Notes under the pieces: generated by a model
Databases searched by the model: none
What the model saw: only the letters and a program-made list of their open reading frames with translations
What the model was told of the DNA's origin: nothing
Translations under genes and position numbers: made by a program
Shown here: positions 32,358-41,129 of the stretch, one piece after another
Numbering within the stretch: position 1 is the stretch's first letter
Layout of the letters: the number at the start of each line of letters is the position of its first letter
Source of the DNA: an uncultured Aliarcobacter sp.
GTDB lineage: Bacteria; Campylobacterota; Campylobacteria; Campylobacterales; Arcobacteraceae
DNA length: 64,000 nucleotides
Direction: 5' to 3'
Assembly (NCBI GenBank): GCA_963664305.2
Contig: CAXXLV010000002.1
Span: forward strand, 480,001 to 544,000

Positions 32358-32930
32358 ATGAATAAAGGATTAGAAAAATTTTATGAACTAGTTGAAGCTT
32401 TTGAGTCTTTACCTACAATTGGAAAAAAATCAGCTTTACGTTTAGCATACCATATTGTTATGAATGATAATTACTGTGGGATAAAGATTGCTCATAGTAT
32501 TGAAAATGCTCTAAAAAATATAACAAAATGCTCAAGATGTGGCTCTATGAGTGAACATGAAATTTGTGAATTTTGTTTAGATGAATCAAGAGATAATGAA
32601 AAATTATGTATTGTTCAAAGTGCAAAAGATATATTTGTGATTGAAGATTCAAATCAATTTGATGGTAGATATTTTGTTATTGAAGAGTTAGACCAAGATG
32701 TTATAGATTCTTTACAAAAGTTTATAATGGATAATGAGGTTAAAAATATACTTTTTGCAATTACACCATCTATTGCAAATGATGCATTTATCCTATTTAT
32801 TGAAGATAAGCTAAAGAATTTTGATATTAAATTTACAAAAATTGCTCAAGGTGTACCAACAGGTGTAAGTTTAGAAAATGTAGATATCTTATCTCTATCA
32901 AAAGCTATACAAAGTAAAGTCGAAATATAA
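32358..32930 (+). CDS. recR: Recombination mediator RecR
   Basis: LPTIGKKSALRLAY HhH motif, C4 zinc finger and KIAQGVPTG. Confidence 0.95.
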   Translation: MNKGLEKFYELVEAFESLPTIGKKSALRLAYHIVMNDNYCGIKIAHSIENALKNITKCSRCGSMSEHEICEFCLDESRDNEKLCIVQSAKDIFVIEDSNQFDGRYFVIEELDQDVIDSLQKFIMDNEVKNILFAITPSIANDAFILFIEDKLKNFDIKFTKIAQGVPTGVSLENVDILSLSKAIQSKVEI

Positions 32931-32932
32931 AA

Positions 32933-33109
32933 ATGGAAAAAAGAATAGTTTGTCAAAAATGTGTTTATTATTTTGTTACATGGGAAGCAAATAGACCACA
33001 CGGCTGTAAAGCTTATGGTTTTAAAACACCAGTATTACCTTCTATTACAGTTAAAAATTCAAGTGGAGAAGATTGTAAATTTTTCACTTTAAAAAATTTT
33101 CAAAGATAG
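32933..33109 (+). CDS. 58-aa four-cysteine small protein (not in ORF track)
   Basis: Manual translation: MEKRIVCQKCVYYFVTWEANRPHGCKAYGFKTPVLPSITVKNSSGEDCKFFTLKNFQR*. It lies 2 nt after recR and 5 nt before the next ATG. Confidence 0.8.
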   Translation: MEKRIVCQKCVYYFVTWEANRPHGCKAYGFKTPVLPSITVKNSSGEDCKFFTLKNFQR

Positions 33110-33114
33110 TATTT

Positions 33115-34596
33115 ATGGAAAATTTTATTGAGCAAATTGAAAAAAATAAAATTGCAATTATAAGAAAATGGATTTCATTTCCTACTGTAATTGAGCTTAT
33201 AAAAAAGTATGAATTAGATGAAAATCTATTTATAAGAAGATACTCTTTTGCAGTTGTTGAACATTTTATTCTGGTTATTAAAAAAGATGAAAAGACTGAA
33301 AAGAACTCTGCAGTAATTGATTTTTTAAAATATTTAAAAAAACAAAATTTTAAAATTAATGAACTTTTTTTAATCTTTTCTGCTTTTAGAGATTCTTTAA
33401 TTGATTTCATTTTTAAAATGAATATAGAAAATATAGAGTTAATAGAAAAGATAAATTTTAATTTTGAAAAGATTTTTTCAGTTCTTTTGGATATTTATTC
33501 AAAATCTATTTCTGAAATAGAGAGTGCTTTAAATAAATCTATTGATATTGTTGATAAATATGTAATTATGTCAAGAACTGATTTAAATGGAATAATTATT
33601 AGTGTCTCAAACGCTTTTTGTAAAGTTTCAGGTTATGAATCTTTTGAGTTAATAGGAAAACCTTTTGATTTTTTGAAACATTCTGATATGAAAGATGAAT
33701 TCTTTTTAAACATAAAAGAGATTATCCAATCAGGTGAAATGTGGCAAGGAGAAATAAAAAATCAAAAGAAAAATGGTGAGTTTTATTGGCTTAAAACTAC
33801 TATTCATCCAAATTTTGACAATAATGGAAAAGTTATAAGTTATGATGCAATAAATGAAGATATTACTTCTCAAAAAGAGTTGAAAAATCAACAAAATTTA
33901 CTTGTAGAACAATCTAAATCTGCTGCAATGGGTGAAATGATTAGTATGATAGCTCATCAATGGCGACAACCTTTACAAGCTGTTTCTATTTTGATTCAAA
34001 AACTTCCTTTGTTAAAAGAGATACAAGGTGAAATTTCTGATGAAATGTTAAATGATGTTGTTTCTCAAGTTTCGGTACAACTTGATTATATGTCAAAAAC
34101 AATTGATGATTTTAGAGATTATTTTAAACCAAATAAGAAAAAAGAAGAAGTTTATATAGAAAATGTTATAAACAAATCTATGGATTTTTTATCTTATTTA
34201 TTCAAAATAAATTCTGTCGAAATTAGATATAAAAATGAATCTACTTCAAAAATCGAGTTATTTTTAAATGAAATGGTACAAGTATTTATAAATCTAGCAA
34301 AAAATTCATGTGATGCTATGATTGAAAGAGAAATAAAAGATAGGTTTATAAATATTTATAGTTATGAAAGAAATAAAAAATTATATGTAGAGTTTGAAGA
34401 TAATGCAGGTGGAATAAGTAAAAATTTTTTAAACAAAATTTTTGAACCTTATTTCTCAACTAAAAGTAATAAAAATGGTACAGGTTTAGGATTGTATATG
34501 ATAAAAACTATAATTGAACAGTATAGTTTTGGTAAAATAGATGTTTATAATACTGAAGTTGGAACAAAATTTATTATTGAATTACCACTAAAATAG
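33115..34596 (+). CDS. Cytoplasmic PAS histidine kinase with helical (RsbRD_N-like) N-terminus
   Basis: PAS/PAC (ELIGKPF, NGEFYWL), MIAHQWRQPL, DNAGG and GTGLGLY. No TM segments. Confidence 0.88.
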   Translation: MENFIEQIEKNKIAIIRKWISFPTVIELIKKYELDENLFIRRYSFAVVEHFILVIKKDEKTEKNSAVIDFLKYLKKQNFKINELFLIFSAFRDSLIDFIFKMNIENIELIEKINFNFEKIFSVLLDIYSKSISEIESALNKSIDIVDKYVIMSRTDLNGIIISVSNAFCKVSGYESFELIGKPFDFLKHSDMKDEFFLNIKEIIQSGEMWQGEIKNQKKNGEFYWLKTTIHPNFDNNGKVISYDAINEDITSQKELKNQQNLLVEQSKSAAMGEMISMIAHQWRQPLQAVSILIQKLPLLKEIQGEISDEMLNDVVSQVSVQLDYMSKTIDDFRDYFKPNKKKEEVYIENVINKSMDFLSYLFKINSVEIRYKNESTSKIELFLNEMVQVFINLAKNSCDAMIEREIKDRFINIYSYERNKKLYVEFEDNAGGISKNFLNKIFEPYFSTKSNKNGTGLGLYMIKTIIEQYSFGKIDVYNTEVGTKFIIELPLK

Positions 34597-34605
34597 GAGT
34601 TAAGT

Positions 34606-35532
34606 TTGTTATATAAAGATTTTAAAGAGAGTATAAAAGCATTAGGTTTTTTAACAATTGAAGATTTTATACAATATTCTGGAGTTACATCTGATGATGT
34701 TTTAAATTGGGAAGAAAAAAATGAAGTACCTTATCTAGTTTCATTGATTTTACATCTTTTAAAAGGTGAGAAAGAGTTATTACCAACAAATTGGGCTTTA
34801 GATAGTGTAATTGAAGAGTGTTTACCTTTAGCTTCACTTTTAGAAGAGGCTTCATCATTCCCTCACAAATTAGAAGAGATGTTTTTATTACAAAAAAAAT
34901 TAAATGATTCTACAAATGGTAAAAATTGGGAATTAGGTTTAAATAAATTTGGAAAAGAGATAAATTGGCTTAGATGTATTCATATGGAAGTTGCTGAACT
35001 AATTGAATCAACTCCTTGGAAACACTGGAAAAATATCAATTCATCTCCTGATATGAATAATATTCATGTTGAACTAGTTGATATTTGGCACTTTTTAATG
35101 TCTTATATTTTACAAGAAACAAATGTTCCAAAAGCTGTTTCTTTATCTAATACTCATTGTATATATGAAGCTGCTGAAGATGTTGATGTAAAACTTATGG
35201 TAAAAGAAGCTGAAAAATTATCTTATATAGCTTTAGCAATTGATACAGGAAATATGCCTTCATTTAGTGGAATAGAAAGATTTATTGACCAATTCTTTAG
35301 ATGTTGTAAAATCTCTGGATTATCATTTACATGGTTACAAAAACTATATATTGGTAAAAATTGTTTAAATCAATTTAGACAAGATAATGGATATAAAGAA
35401 GGACATTACATAAAAGTTTGGAATGGAAATGAAGATAATGTTGTAATGGTTGATTTATTAGAAAAAATGGAAGACGTAAGTTTTGATGATTTATATAACA
35501 AATTAAAAGAAGAGTATAACAAATGTAAATAA
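34606..35532 (+). CDS. dut: Dimeric all-alpha dUTPase with an N-terminal HTH-like extension
   Basis: Motifs MEVAELIES.PWKHWK, VELVDIWHF, KNCLNQFRQDNGYKEG and EDN. TTG start after AGGAG. About 85 extra N-terminal residues. Confidence 0.88.
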   Translation: MLYKDFKESIKALGFLTIEDFIQYSGVTSDDVLNWEEKNEVPYLVSLILHLLKGEKELLPTNWALDSVIEECLPLASLLEEASSFPHKLEEMFLLQKKLNDSTNGKNWELGLNKFGKEINWLRCIHMEVAELIESTPWKHWKNINSSPDMNNIHVELVDIWHFLMSYILQETNVPKAVSLSNTHCIYEAAEDVDVKLMVKEAEKLSYIALAIDTGNMPSFSGIERFIDQFFRCCKISGLSFTWLQKLYIGKNCLNQFRQDNGYKEGHYIKVWNGNEDNVVMVDLLEKMEDVSFDDLYNKLKEEYNKCK

Positions 35533-35554
35533 TAGGTTTTAAACCTATTATTTA
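35526..35554. terminator. Bidirectional hairpin
   Basis: TAAATAATAGGTTT-T-AAACCTATTATTTA between convergent genes. Confidence 0.7.
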
Positions 35555-35566
35555 GAAAAACGAATT

Positions 35567-36067
35567 TTATCTATAATCGTTTTTATATTCTACGTAGTGC
35601 CCAGCGTGAGCTATTAATTTATCAACATCTTCTTGTGTTAATTCTTTTACTACTTTTGCAGGACTTCCCATAATCATACTTCTTGGTGGAAATACTTTTC
35701 CAGCAGTTACAAGTGAATTTGCTCCTACTATACTTCCTTCTCCAATTACAGCATTATCTAAAATCGTTGCACTCATACCTATCAAACAATTATCTTCAAT
35801 TTTACAACCATGAAGCATAACTTTATGACCAATTGTTACATTATCTCCAATAATTGTTTTTGTATTTGTATCTGTATGAATACAAGATAAATCTTGAATA
35901 TTTGTATTTTTACCAATTCTTACTTCATTTACATCAGAACGAATTACACATCCAAACCAAACCGATGAATCTTCACCAATTTTTATATTTCCAATTAAAT
36001 CAGCACTTGGTGCAATCCAAGCACTTGGATGAATTTCTGGGTAAAATTCTTTAAATTTTAAAATCAC
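35567..36067 (-). CDS. Gamma-carbonic anhydrase-family protein (YrdA/PaaY-like)
   Basis: Hexapeptide repeats, TNIQD...IH and TIGHKVMLHGC. GTG start after AAGGAG. Confidence 0.92.
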   Translation of the reverse strand: MILKFKEFYPEIHPSAWIAPSADLIGNIKIGEDSSVWFGCVIRSDVNEVRIGKNTNIQDLSCIHTDTNTKTIIGDNVTIGHKVMLHGCKIEDNCLIGMSATILDNAVIGEGSIVGANSLVTAGKVFPPRSMIMGSPAKVVKELTQEDVDKLIAHAGHYVEYKNDYR

Positions 36068-36095
36068 AGCTCTCTCCTTAGCTAAATTTGAAACA

Positions 36096-36104
36096 ATTAT
36101 AGCA
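36096..36104 (-). promoter_or_regulatory. Extended -10 promoter for the gamma-CA gene
   Basis: TGCTATAAT on the minus strand, in the 45-nt gap after the M14 gene. Confidence 0.6.
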
Positions 36105-36112
36105 AAGGAAAC

Positions 36113-38698
36113 TTATTTTGCTATATATTCTAAAATTATTGGCTCACTATAATTTGGTACATTGTCATAGGTAAATATTGCATAATATTTGTTTATATCA
36201 GTTGCTCCAAAATCATCAAATGTATATTCATCTATTCCTGCATAAAGTTTTTGTCCATCATGAGATGAAAGAGGTTTTCTAAATGGATTTTTTATAACTT
36301 TTACTCCTACAAAATCTATATCTTTTGGATTAGTCCAAGTAAGTTTTATTTTTCCATTTTCAACAATCAATGAAGCATTTGAAACTTTTTCTACAGGAAA
36401 TCTTCTTTTTACAATATGTTCAATTATTAGTTTTGGAGAAAGATTTATATTTGTTGTTTCCCAAGATACTTTTTTATTTTTTAAAGTTTTAAGAGCTGAT
36501 GTTGGTTTTAAAACAAAAGCAACATTTGATTTGTTTTTTAATTTTTCGTTTAAAATTATTTCAGAAAAAGCATCAAAGATAAAGTATTGTGTTTGATTGT
36601 TTTTTAACTCATTTGCACTAATATCATAACCAATATTTTGAATAACTTCTCTATTTGTAATTGCTTCATAGTTTTTGTCAATATGTTCATCAATAAATTC
36701 AAGATGAAATCTAATATCATCTTTTATATAAATTTTTGTAGAGTTAAGTTCAAAATAGGCTTTTGTAATCATAGTATCATTGTATGGTGGTAAAGAAGAG
36801 AGATTAAATTCAAAAATAGAGTAGATTTTACTTCCTTTTTCATCAAATCCAGCACTAATTTCATCTCTTTTTATTTCTGCTTTACTTAAAGTACAGATTT
36901 CCTTTGGATATAAAGTTGTAATTGTTGGTTCTGTTGTAAAAGTTAATTCTAGTCTTGGACGATAGTTTAATCCAAAACCAAATTTTCCATAGCCAATATC
37001 CCATTGCATCATCTGTTTTGTTCTTCCAATTTTTAACTCTTTTGGACCTTCAACCCTTAAAACAATAGTATCTTTTCTAATAGAGTTTTTTAAAGTAATA
37101 CATTCTAAACCTGATAACTCCCAAGTTCTCCAGATACCTTGAGTTAATTGAAAAGATTGTGTAGCTCGTCCTAAATATTGGCTAATATGCATATTTTGAA
37201 CATCTTCAAAATTTGTGATATCTCCCATAGTATCTTGATTTACAATTCCAACATTCCATTCTCCATATTTTTCAATAGTTGTTGAAACTCTGTTTATTGG
37301 GTATAAATTCAACGAAGCTGATTTTATAATGGCATTTATTGGAAGAGATTTTACATTTATTGAAATAATTGCATAAGAAATACCTTTATCATCATCAACT
37401 CCAACAAATAAAGAGTTTACTCCAAAGTGTTTAGCATTGTTGTTTAAGTTTTCAGCAACATAACCTGTACCTTTTGCATTTGCATAGTATGTTCTACTAA
37501 ATTCATCATATTCAACTAAAGTTCGCACCTTTATTTGTGGACAAAATGGAGATTTTTGATTTGTTTTTTTATTTACGGCTCTTATGTTGTAATAGTAGTT
37601 TTTATTAGAAACTAGATTTATATCATTGAACTCTAAACTTTTTGTTTTTGCTATCAAATTTGAAGAGTTACAATATTGTTTATCTTTTGTACTTCTGAAT
37701 ATTTCAAAATATATATTTTCGTTTAATAAATAATCCCATTTAAGATTTACATGATTTGAACCAATATGTGTGATATTAAATCCTTCTACTCTTTTTATAT
37801 GATTGTTTTTTGCATAATTATCAACTTCTTTTAATGCATAAATAAGTGCAGGAATATGTTCTTTGATATTTTCACTTAAATCTTGCATATAATCACTAAT
37901 ATTTCTAGTTCCTACTTCAACAACTGTTGATATAATTCCTAAAGAATAATAAAACTCTCTACCACTTCCACCTATTAATTTTGCAGGTGGTTTTCCTTGA
38001 TGTATTCCATATTCACGACCAGATATTTTTCTTATCTCTTCAGCCATATTTGCACATAAAGTGTTCATATCTGTCGTATCAAAAGTATCTTCATGTCTAA
38101 AATCGTGCGCTGGGAAAAATACATTTCCTTGACTATGGTAATCAAGTGCAATAGTAATATTTGGATGAGTTAAAACAAAATCTCGCAAGGCTTTAGTTTC
38201 TGGTTCACTAAATGCTTCAGGTCCACCATAAACATTTGAAGTTGTTGTTGTACTTTTATTAAATCCAATTGGAAAATTTCTATTTAAATCAACTCCATAA
38301 GTTCCATCTGCATTTTGTCTTCTATTTTTTCTCCAAAAAGAGAAGTGATTTCTTGAATATTCAAAACCATCAGGATTAGCACAAGGTACCATATAAACTG
38401 TACTTTCATTTAGATAGATTTGTAAACTTGGGTCTGTTTCTAAATTTTTTAAAATATAAATTGCAAACTCAATTGCTAACTCATGCCCAATCCACTCTCT
38501 TGCATGTATAGTTCCTGTATAAAAAAGTGCTGGCTTTGTATGGGATATTTTTATATTTTTTGAAATGGTTATAAGATATATATCTCTTTTTTCCCAAGTT
38601 TGACCAATTGATTCTATCTTAAAATTATTTGGATATTTTTCTTGTAATTCATTAAAAATATTTATTGATTCTTTGTAGGACCTATACAATTTTTTCAA
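36113..38698 (-). CDS. M14 zinc carboxypeptidase with FN3 and beta-sandwich accessory domains
   Basis: IHAREW (HxxE), NPDG, RKNRR, GVDLNRNF, FSEPET, DYHSQG and EVG, followed by FN3-like segments. TTG start after GGAG. Confidence 0.9.
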   Translation of the reverse strand: MKKLYRSYKESINIFNELQEKYPNNFKIESIGQTWEKRDIYLITISKNIKISHTKPALFYTGTIHAREWIGHELAIEFAIYILKNLETDPSLQIYLNESTVYMVPCANPDGFEYSRNHFSFWRKNRRQNADGTYGVDLNRNFPIGFNKSTTTTSNVYGGPEAFSEPETKALRDFVLTHPNITIALDYHSQGNVFFPAHDFRHEDTFDTTDMNTLCANMAEEIRKISGREYGIHQGKPPAKLIGGSGREFYYSLGIISTVVEVGTRNISDYMQDLSENIKEHIPALIYALKEVDNYAKNNHIKRVEGFNITHIGSNHVNLKWDYLLNENIYFEIFRSTKDKQYCNSSNLIAKTKSLEFNDINLVSNKNYYYNIRAVNKKTNQKSPFCPQIKVRTLVEYDEFSRTYYANAKGTGYVAENLNNNAKHFGVNSLFVGVDDDKGISYAIISINVKSLPINAIIKSASLNLYPINRVSTTIEKYGEWNVGIVNQDTMGDITNFEDVQNMHISQYLGRATQSFQLTQGIWRTWELSGLECITLKNSIRKDTIVLRVEGPKELKIGRTKQMMQWDIGYGKFGFGLNYRPRLELTFTTEPTITTLYPKEICTLSKAEIKRDEISAGFDEKGSKIYSIFEFNLSSLPPYNDTMITKAYFELNSTKIYIKDDIRFHLEFIDEHIDKNYEAITNREVIQNIGYDISANELKNNQTQYFIFDAFSEIILNEKLKNKSNVAFVLKPTSALKTLKNKKVSWETTNINLSPKLIIEHIVKRRFPVEKVSNASLIVENGKIKLTWTNPKDIDFVGVKVIKNPFRKPLSSHDGQKLYAGIDEYTFDDFGATDINKYYAIFTYDNVPNYSEPIILEYIAK

Positions 38699-38701
38699 AA
38701 T

Positions 38702-40192
38702 CTATTCTCCAACTTTTAATCTTGATTTTAATTGAGCAAATTTATTTTTACCAATACCATCAATATTTTTTAAATCCTCAATGCACTTGATTTCTCCTAC
38801 TTTTTCTCTAAAATCAAAGATGATTTTTGCTAATTTATTTCCAATTCCTTTGATTTTTTTCAAATCTTCTTTATTAACACAATTTATATCAATTCTCATA
38901 TCATCAATATGCTCTTCCCAAGATTTTAACATTTGTTCATCTATTGATTCTAACTCTAATAAATCAGAGCAATCAGTAATAATGTTATCTTGTAAATACT
39001 CTTTAATCTCTATTGCTAAATCTTCTTCCATTCCATATAAACTCATCAAATCTGTTAAACTAGCTTTGTTAAAATCTATTTTTCTAGGGCTAAATTCATC
39101 TTGTTTTGGATTTTGTTTAGCAATTTCAATTTCTGAATTTTCAGGAAAAGGCATATCCTCTTCATTTGATTTTTCTGTCATTTCCATTTCAAAAATATCT
39201 TTTTTATCTTTTATAAATCTTTCTCCATCATAACTTTGTGTGTATTTACCAAAAGTGATGTTTCTTAGAGTTCTTAAAAGTGATGAATCAATTTTTCCTA
39301 ACTCTTCCCACGAGAATAGGGGAATATGTGGTTTTGGATATTTTCCTTTTGAAAAATCCCACATTAAATATTGACAAATCCAATCTCTAATATATGGAAA
39401 AGCAGCAAATGCTGTAGCACACTCTAAAATATAAGCTTTATTTGTGTTTTCATCAATAGCTATATCACAAGCAAAATATTCAGCTTTTGAAGCTTTAGAA
39501 GCATTAACTGCAAGTTCTAAAGCATTCATCGGAACATTTTTATATGACATTGAACCACCTTGAGAAGTATTTGTGATCCATTGATTTTTTCCGGAATATC
39601 TCCAAAATGCACAAACTGGTTTATGACCAATTAACATAACTCTAATATCTCCTGAGTCTTTTAGTTTAATTGCATTTTGTGTATAGATTGGATTATATTT
39701 TTTTAGTTCAAGTAATTCTTTTGCTTCTTTATAGTTGTTTGCTTTATGTACATAATATCCACCATAATTTGATGGTCCATAACTTCTTTTTATAATTTGT
39801 GGATAATTTGCTTTATTTTTTAAATAATCTAAACCTTTTTCCATATTGTAAAAAATTTTTGTTTTTGGAATTGATAGATTATATTTTTTACAAAAAAGCG
39901 TTACATTTTCTTTTGATTTATTTGGAAATTGGCTCTCTATTGATGGAACAAATCTAACATTTGGTAATTCTTTTGCAATTTCAACAAAAGTATCATAAGC
40001 AGTTGCAGGAATATTCCCAACTAATATATCGATCTTTTTTTTCTTTACTTCTTTTATGAATCTCTCTTTATCATTTTTCCAATGATAAACAACAGATTCA
40101 ATTCTGTCACTCCAACCTTTGAAGTTTGATTTATCAAAGAATCTTAAAACATAATCTAGATATAAAAGTCCAATTTTCGGTAGTTTTTTCAT
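38702..40192 (-). CDS. Atypical RimK-like ATP-grasp protein fused to two ComEA-like HhH modules
   Basis: YPQIIKRSYG, GDIRVMLIG, WITNTSQGG, CDIAID and LECATAF. C-terminal IDIN...LKKIKGIGNKLA...LKNIDGIGKNKF. Confidence 0.85.
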   Translation of the reverse strand: MKKLPKIGLLYLDYVLRFFDKSNFKGWSDRIESVVYHWKNDKERFIKEVKKKKIDILVGNIPATAYDTFVEIAKELPNVRFVPSIESQFPNKSKENVTLFCKKYNLSIPKTKIFYNMEKGLDYLKNKANYPQIIKRSYGPSNYGGYYVHKANNYKEAKELLELKKYNPIYTQNAIKLKDSGDIRVMLIGHKPVCAFWRYSGKNQWITNTSQGGSMSYKNVPMNALELAVNASKASKAEYFACDIAIDENTNKAYILECATAFAAFPYIRDWICQYLMWDFSKGKYPKPHIPLFSWEELGKIDSSLLRTLRNITFGKYTQSYDGERFIKDKKDIFEMEMTEKSNEEDMPFPENSEIEIAKQNPKQDEFSPRKIDFNKASLTDLMSLYGMEEDLAIEIKEYLQDNIITDCSDLLELESIDEQMLKSWEEHIDDMRIDINCVNKEDLKKIKGIGNKLAKIIFDFREKVGEIKCIEDLKNIDGIGKNKFAQLKSRLKVGE

Positions 40193-41118
40193 TTTATTTC
40201 TCCTTTGTTTAATGCTTTCCTATCTATTAAATCAACAATTAAATCAATTTTTTTATCATTGAAATTAAGACCTAGTTTTTCTTGTTCAGGAGTTGCAAAT
40301 GCTGGAATTCCATTTACTTCTAAGACTATATATTCTTCTTTTTTTCTATCATAGATGATGTCAACTCCCGCGATATCAAGTCCCAAAACTTCTGTTGCTT
40401 TGATTGCAAGATTTATTATCTCTTCATTTGGTTCTCTTAAAAATACACTTCCACCACTTGTGATATTTGTTTTCCAATGTCCAACAGCTGCTTTTCTTCC
40501 ATAACAACCAACAAATTTACCATCAACAATATCAATTCTATAATCAGTGTTATCATAATCTACATATTTTTCTACATAGAAATATTTAAGATTTATTTGA
40601 TTTAAAAAAGGAATTAACATATTTAAAGCTTCAACGCTATCTATTTTTGTAACTCCAATTCCTCCCCAACCATCAGTTGGTTTATAAACCATTTTGTTCC
40701 ATTTTTTCATAATATTTTCTAGTCTATAAGTTTCATCTTTATTACAAAGTTTATAATCAGCAGTTCTAATTCCATGTTTTCTTAAAAAAAATGATGTATG
40801 AAATTTATCTTCACTTATTTCAAAAGCTTCATAAGAGTTAATCATAGGAATGATTCTATTTAGAGCCTTGTATAAATATACTTGATAAGGAGTTTGTTCT
40901 CCTGCGTTATAAGAGAAAAATAAATCTAATTTATCTAGTTTTAGATTTTTATTTTTCATCTCATATATAATATGACCATTTTTTGCAATTGCATCTTTTA
41001 GATTGATATTAGGTAAAACTTCGATATCTCTTTCTTTTAACTTTTTAATCATTTTTTTTTGAATAACATCTCCACCACTATTTTGATAAAGCCACATACC
41101 AATATTTCTTTTTGCCAT
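40189..41118 (-). CDS. RimK-like ATP-grasp amidoligase
   Basis: Motifs EDKFHT, VYKPTDGWGGIGV, EKYV, DYRI, WKTNITSGG, AGVDII and LEVNGIPAF. Confidence 0.9.
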   Translation of the reverse strand: MAKRNIGMWLYQNSGGDVIQKKMIKKLKERDIEVLPNINLKDAIAKNGHIIYEMKNKNLKLDKLDLFFSYNAGEQTPYQVYLYKALNRIIPMINSYEAFEISEDKFHTSFFLRKHGIRTADYKLCNKDETYRLENIMKKWNKMVYKPTDGWGGIGVTKIDSVEALNMLIPFLNQINLKYFYVEKYVDYDNTDYRIDIVDGKFVGCYGRKAAVGHWKTNITSGGSVFLREPNEEIINLAIKATEVLGLDIAGVDIIYDRKKEEYIVLEVNGIPAFATPEQEKLGLNFNDKKIDLIVDLIDRKALNKGEIK

Positions 41119-41129
41119 AATTTCCCCTT

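Noticed and set aside
35567..36067. Gamma-carbonic anhydrase as a fifth member of the ATP-grasp operon
   Set aside because: It has its own extended -10 (TGCTATAAT) and RBS in a 45-nt gap, and it is a common housekeeping gene.
38702..38716. C-terminal ...KVGE as a LysW- or S6-like glutamate acceptor
   Set aside because: The GGA GAA codons double as the Shine-Dalgarno sequence of the M14 gene, which explains them more simply.
38702..38900. A separate or frameshifted comEA competence gene
   Set aside because: The HhH region is in frame with the ATP-grasp domain and has no signal peptide or TM anchor of its own.
40189..41118. Calling the ligase rimK or gshB
   Set aside because: The N-terminal domain and several motifs differ from canonical RimK and GshB, so only family-level similarity is supported.
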